Shown here piece by piece: positions 63,786-64,000 of a stretch of 64,000 nt of DNA. How positions within the stretch are numbered: position 1 is the first letter of the stretch; each line of letters begins with the position of its first letter. Position numbers and translations under genes: made by a program. The notes under the pieces are model-generated. The model worked only from the letters and a program-made list of their open reading frames with translations, made no database searches and was not told the DNA's origin. The DNA comes from an uncultured Eubacteriales bacterium (GTDB lineage: Bacteria; Bacillota; Clostridia; Oscillospirales; Acutalibacteraceae), in NCBI GenBank assembly GCA_934541115.1, contig CAKTDF010000002.1:20630-84629 (forward strand). Direction: 5' to 3'.

Positions 63786-64000
63786 ATGGCTAACACAAAA
63801 ACATCCTCAAAGAAAAAAACAAACACCAAGAATAAATCAAAGAACAAAAAAGGAAAAAGGAAGGCAAAACTCAGTTTTTATGAGCAGCACAGACCGGCAA
63901 TAATGTTTTCTTATCTGATTGCCTCTGTTTTGTTGCTTGCGGTTGCATTCATTCCCGGAAGAAGTGTTTGGGCTTCAATCAGAGGTGCTTTCTTTGGCGT
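63786..64000 (+). CDS. N-terminus of a membrane protein, probably an FtsK/SpoIIIE-family DNA translocase (runs off the right edge)
   Basis: MANTKTSSKKKTNTKNKSKNKKGKRK... is a basic tail, followed by the TM segment IMFSYLIASVLLLAVAFIPG and RGAFFG. This layout is typical of FtsK N-termini. No motor domain falls within the window. Confidence 0.35.
   Translation, partial: MANTKTSSKKKTNTKNKSKNKKGKRKAKLSFYEQHRPAIMFSYLIASVLLLAVAFIPGRSVWASIRGAFFG

Noticed and set aside
1-64000. A window-wide look for tRNA/rRNA genes, CRISPR repeats, IS elements or inverted terminal repeats, integrases, toxin-antitoxin pairs and known defence-system genes.
   Set aside because: None was recognised. Every intergenic gap longer than 100 nt is accounted for by promoters, terminators, leaders or the two micro-ORFs. 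This was a visual scan only, so covariance-model and HMM searches would be needed to make it definitive.

Overview
The window is a densely packed, moderately AT-rich chromosomal segment that looks like the core genome of a spore-forming Firmicute of class Clostridia. That assignment is an inference from gene order and protein signatures, in a Ruminococcaceae/Oscillospiraceae-like style, with no database search. I call about 66 protein genes, and all but five are on the + strand.

The content is overwhelmingly housekeeping:
- two OmpR-type two-component systems, tmcAL, mtaB, pgi, rnhB, thrC, tig-clpP-clpX and secG
- two tandem M42 peptidases, and prmC with its DUF1385 partner
- scpA-scpB-ytfI-ytfJ-dacB-rluB
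- a Bacillus 'ylo'-type cluster: yicC-remA-gmk-rpoZ-priA-def-fmt-rsmB-rlmN-prpC-prkC-rsgA
- a divergent type IIA topoisomerase pair (parE/parC-like), and rnhA
- an origin-proximal style block: rnj-gdpP-rplI-dnaB-tilS-hpt-ftsH

By eye I found no rRNA or tRNA genes, CRISPR arrays, transposases, integrases, prophage genes or recognisable defence genes. I do not see convincing evidence for a large novel multi-gene system. The region reads as ordinary core genome with a few small oddities.

The items most worth a second look are:
- An unannotated 27-codon SpoVM-like micro-ORF at 47980-48063, lying downstream of an equally unannotated 51-codon two-TM micro-protein, in the gap between rsgA and parE.
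- An orphan secreted protein carrying a CxxC-N15-CxxC knuckle, next to a DUF1540 gene (2134-3838).
- A membrane-anchored protein with FG-GAP/Ca-loop-like repeats that is apparently co-transcribed with a two-component system (24174-27662).
- A BacA/UppP-like membrane protein whose catalytic motifs look degenerate (62848-63702).
- Convergent tmcAL and mtaB sharing a palindromic TTAA stop, with the mtaB terminator embedded in the tmcAL coding sequence.

All coordinates, starts and motif calls come from manual reading. Family assignments rest on remembered signatures.
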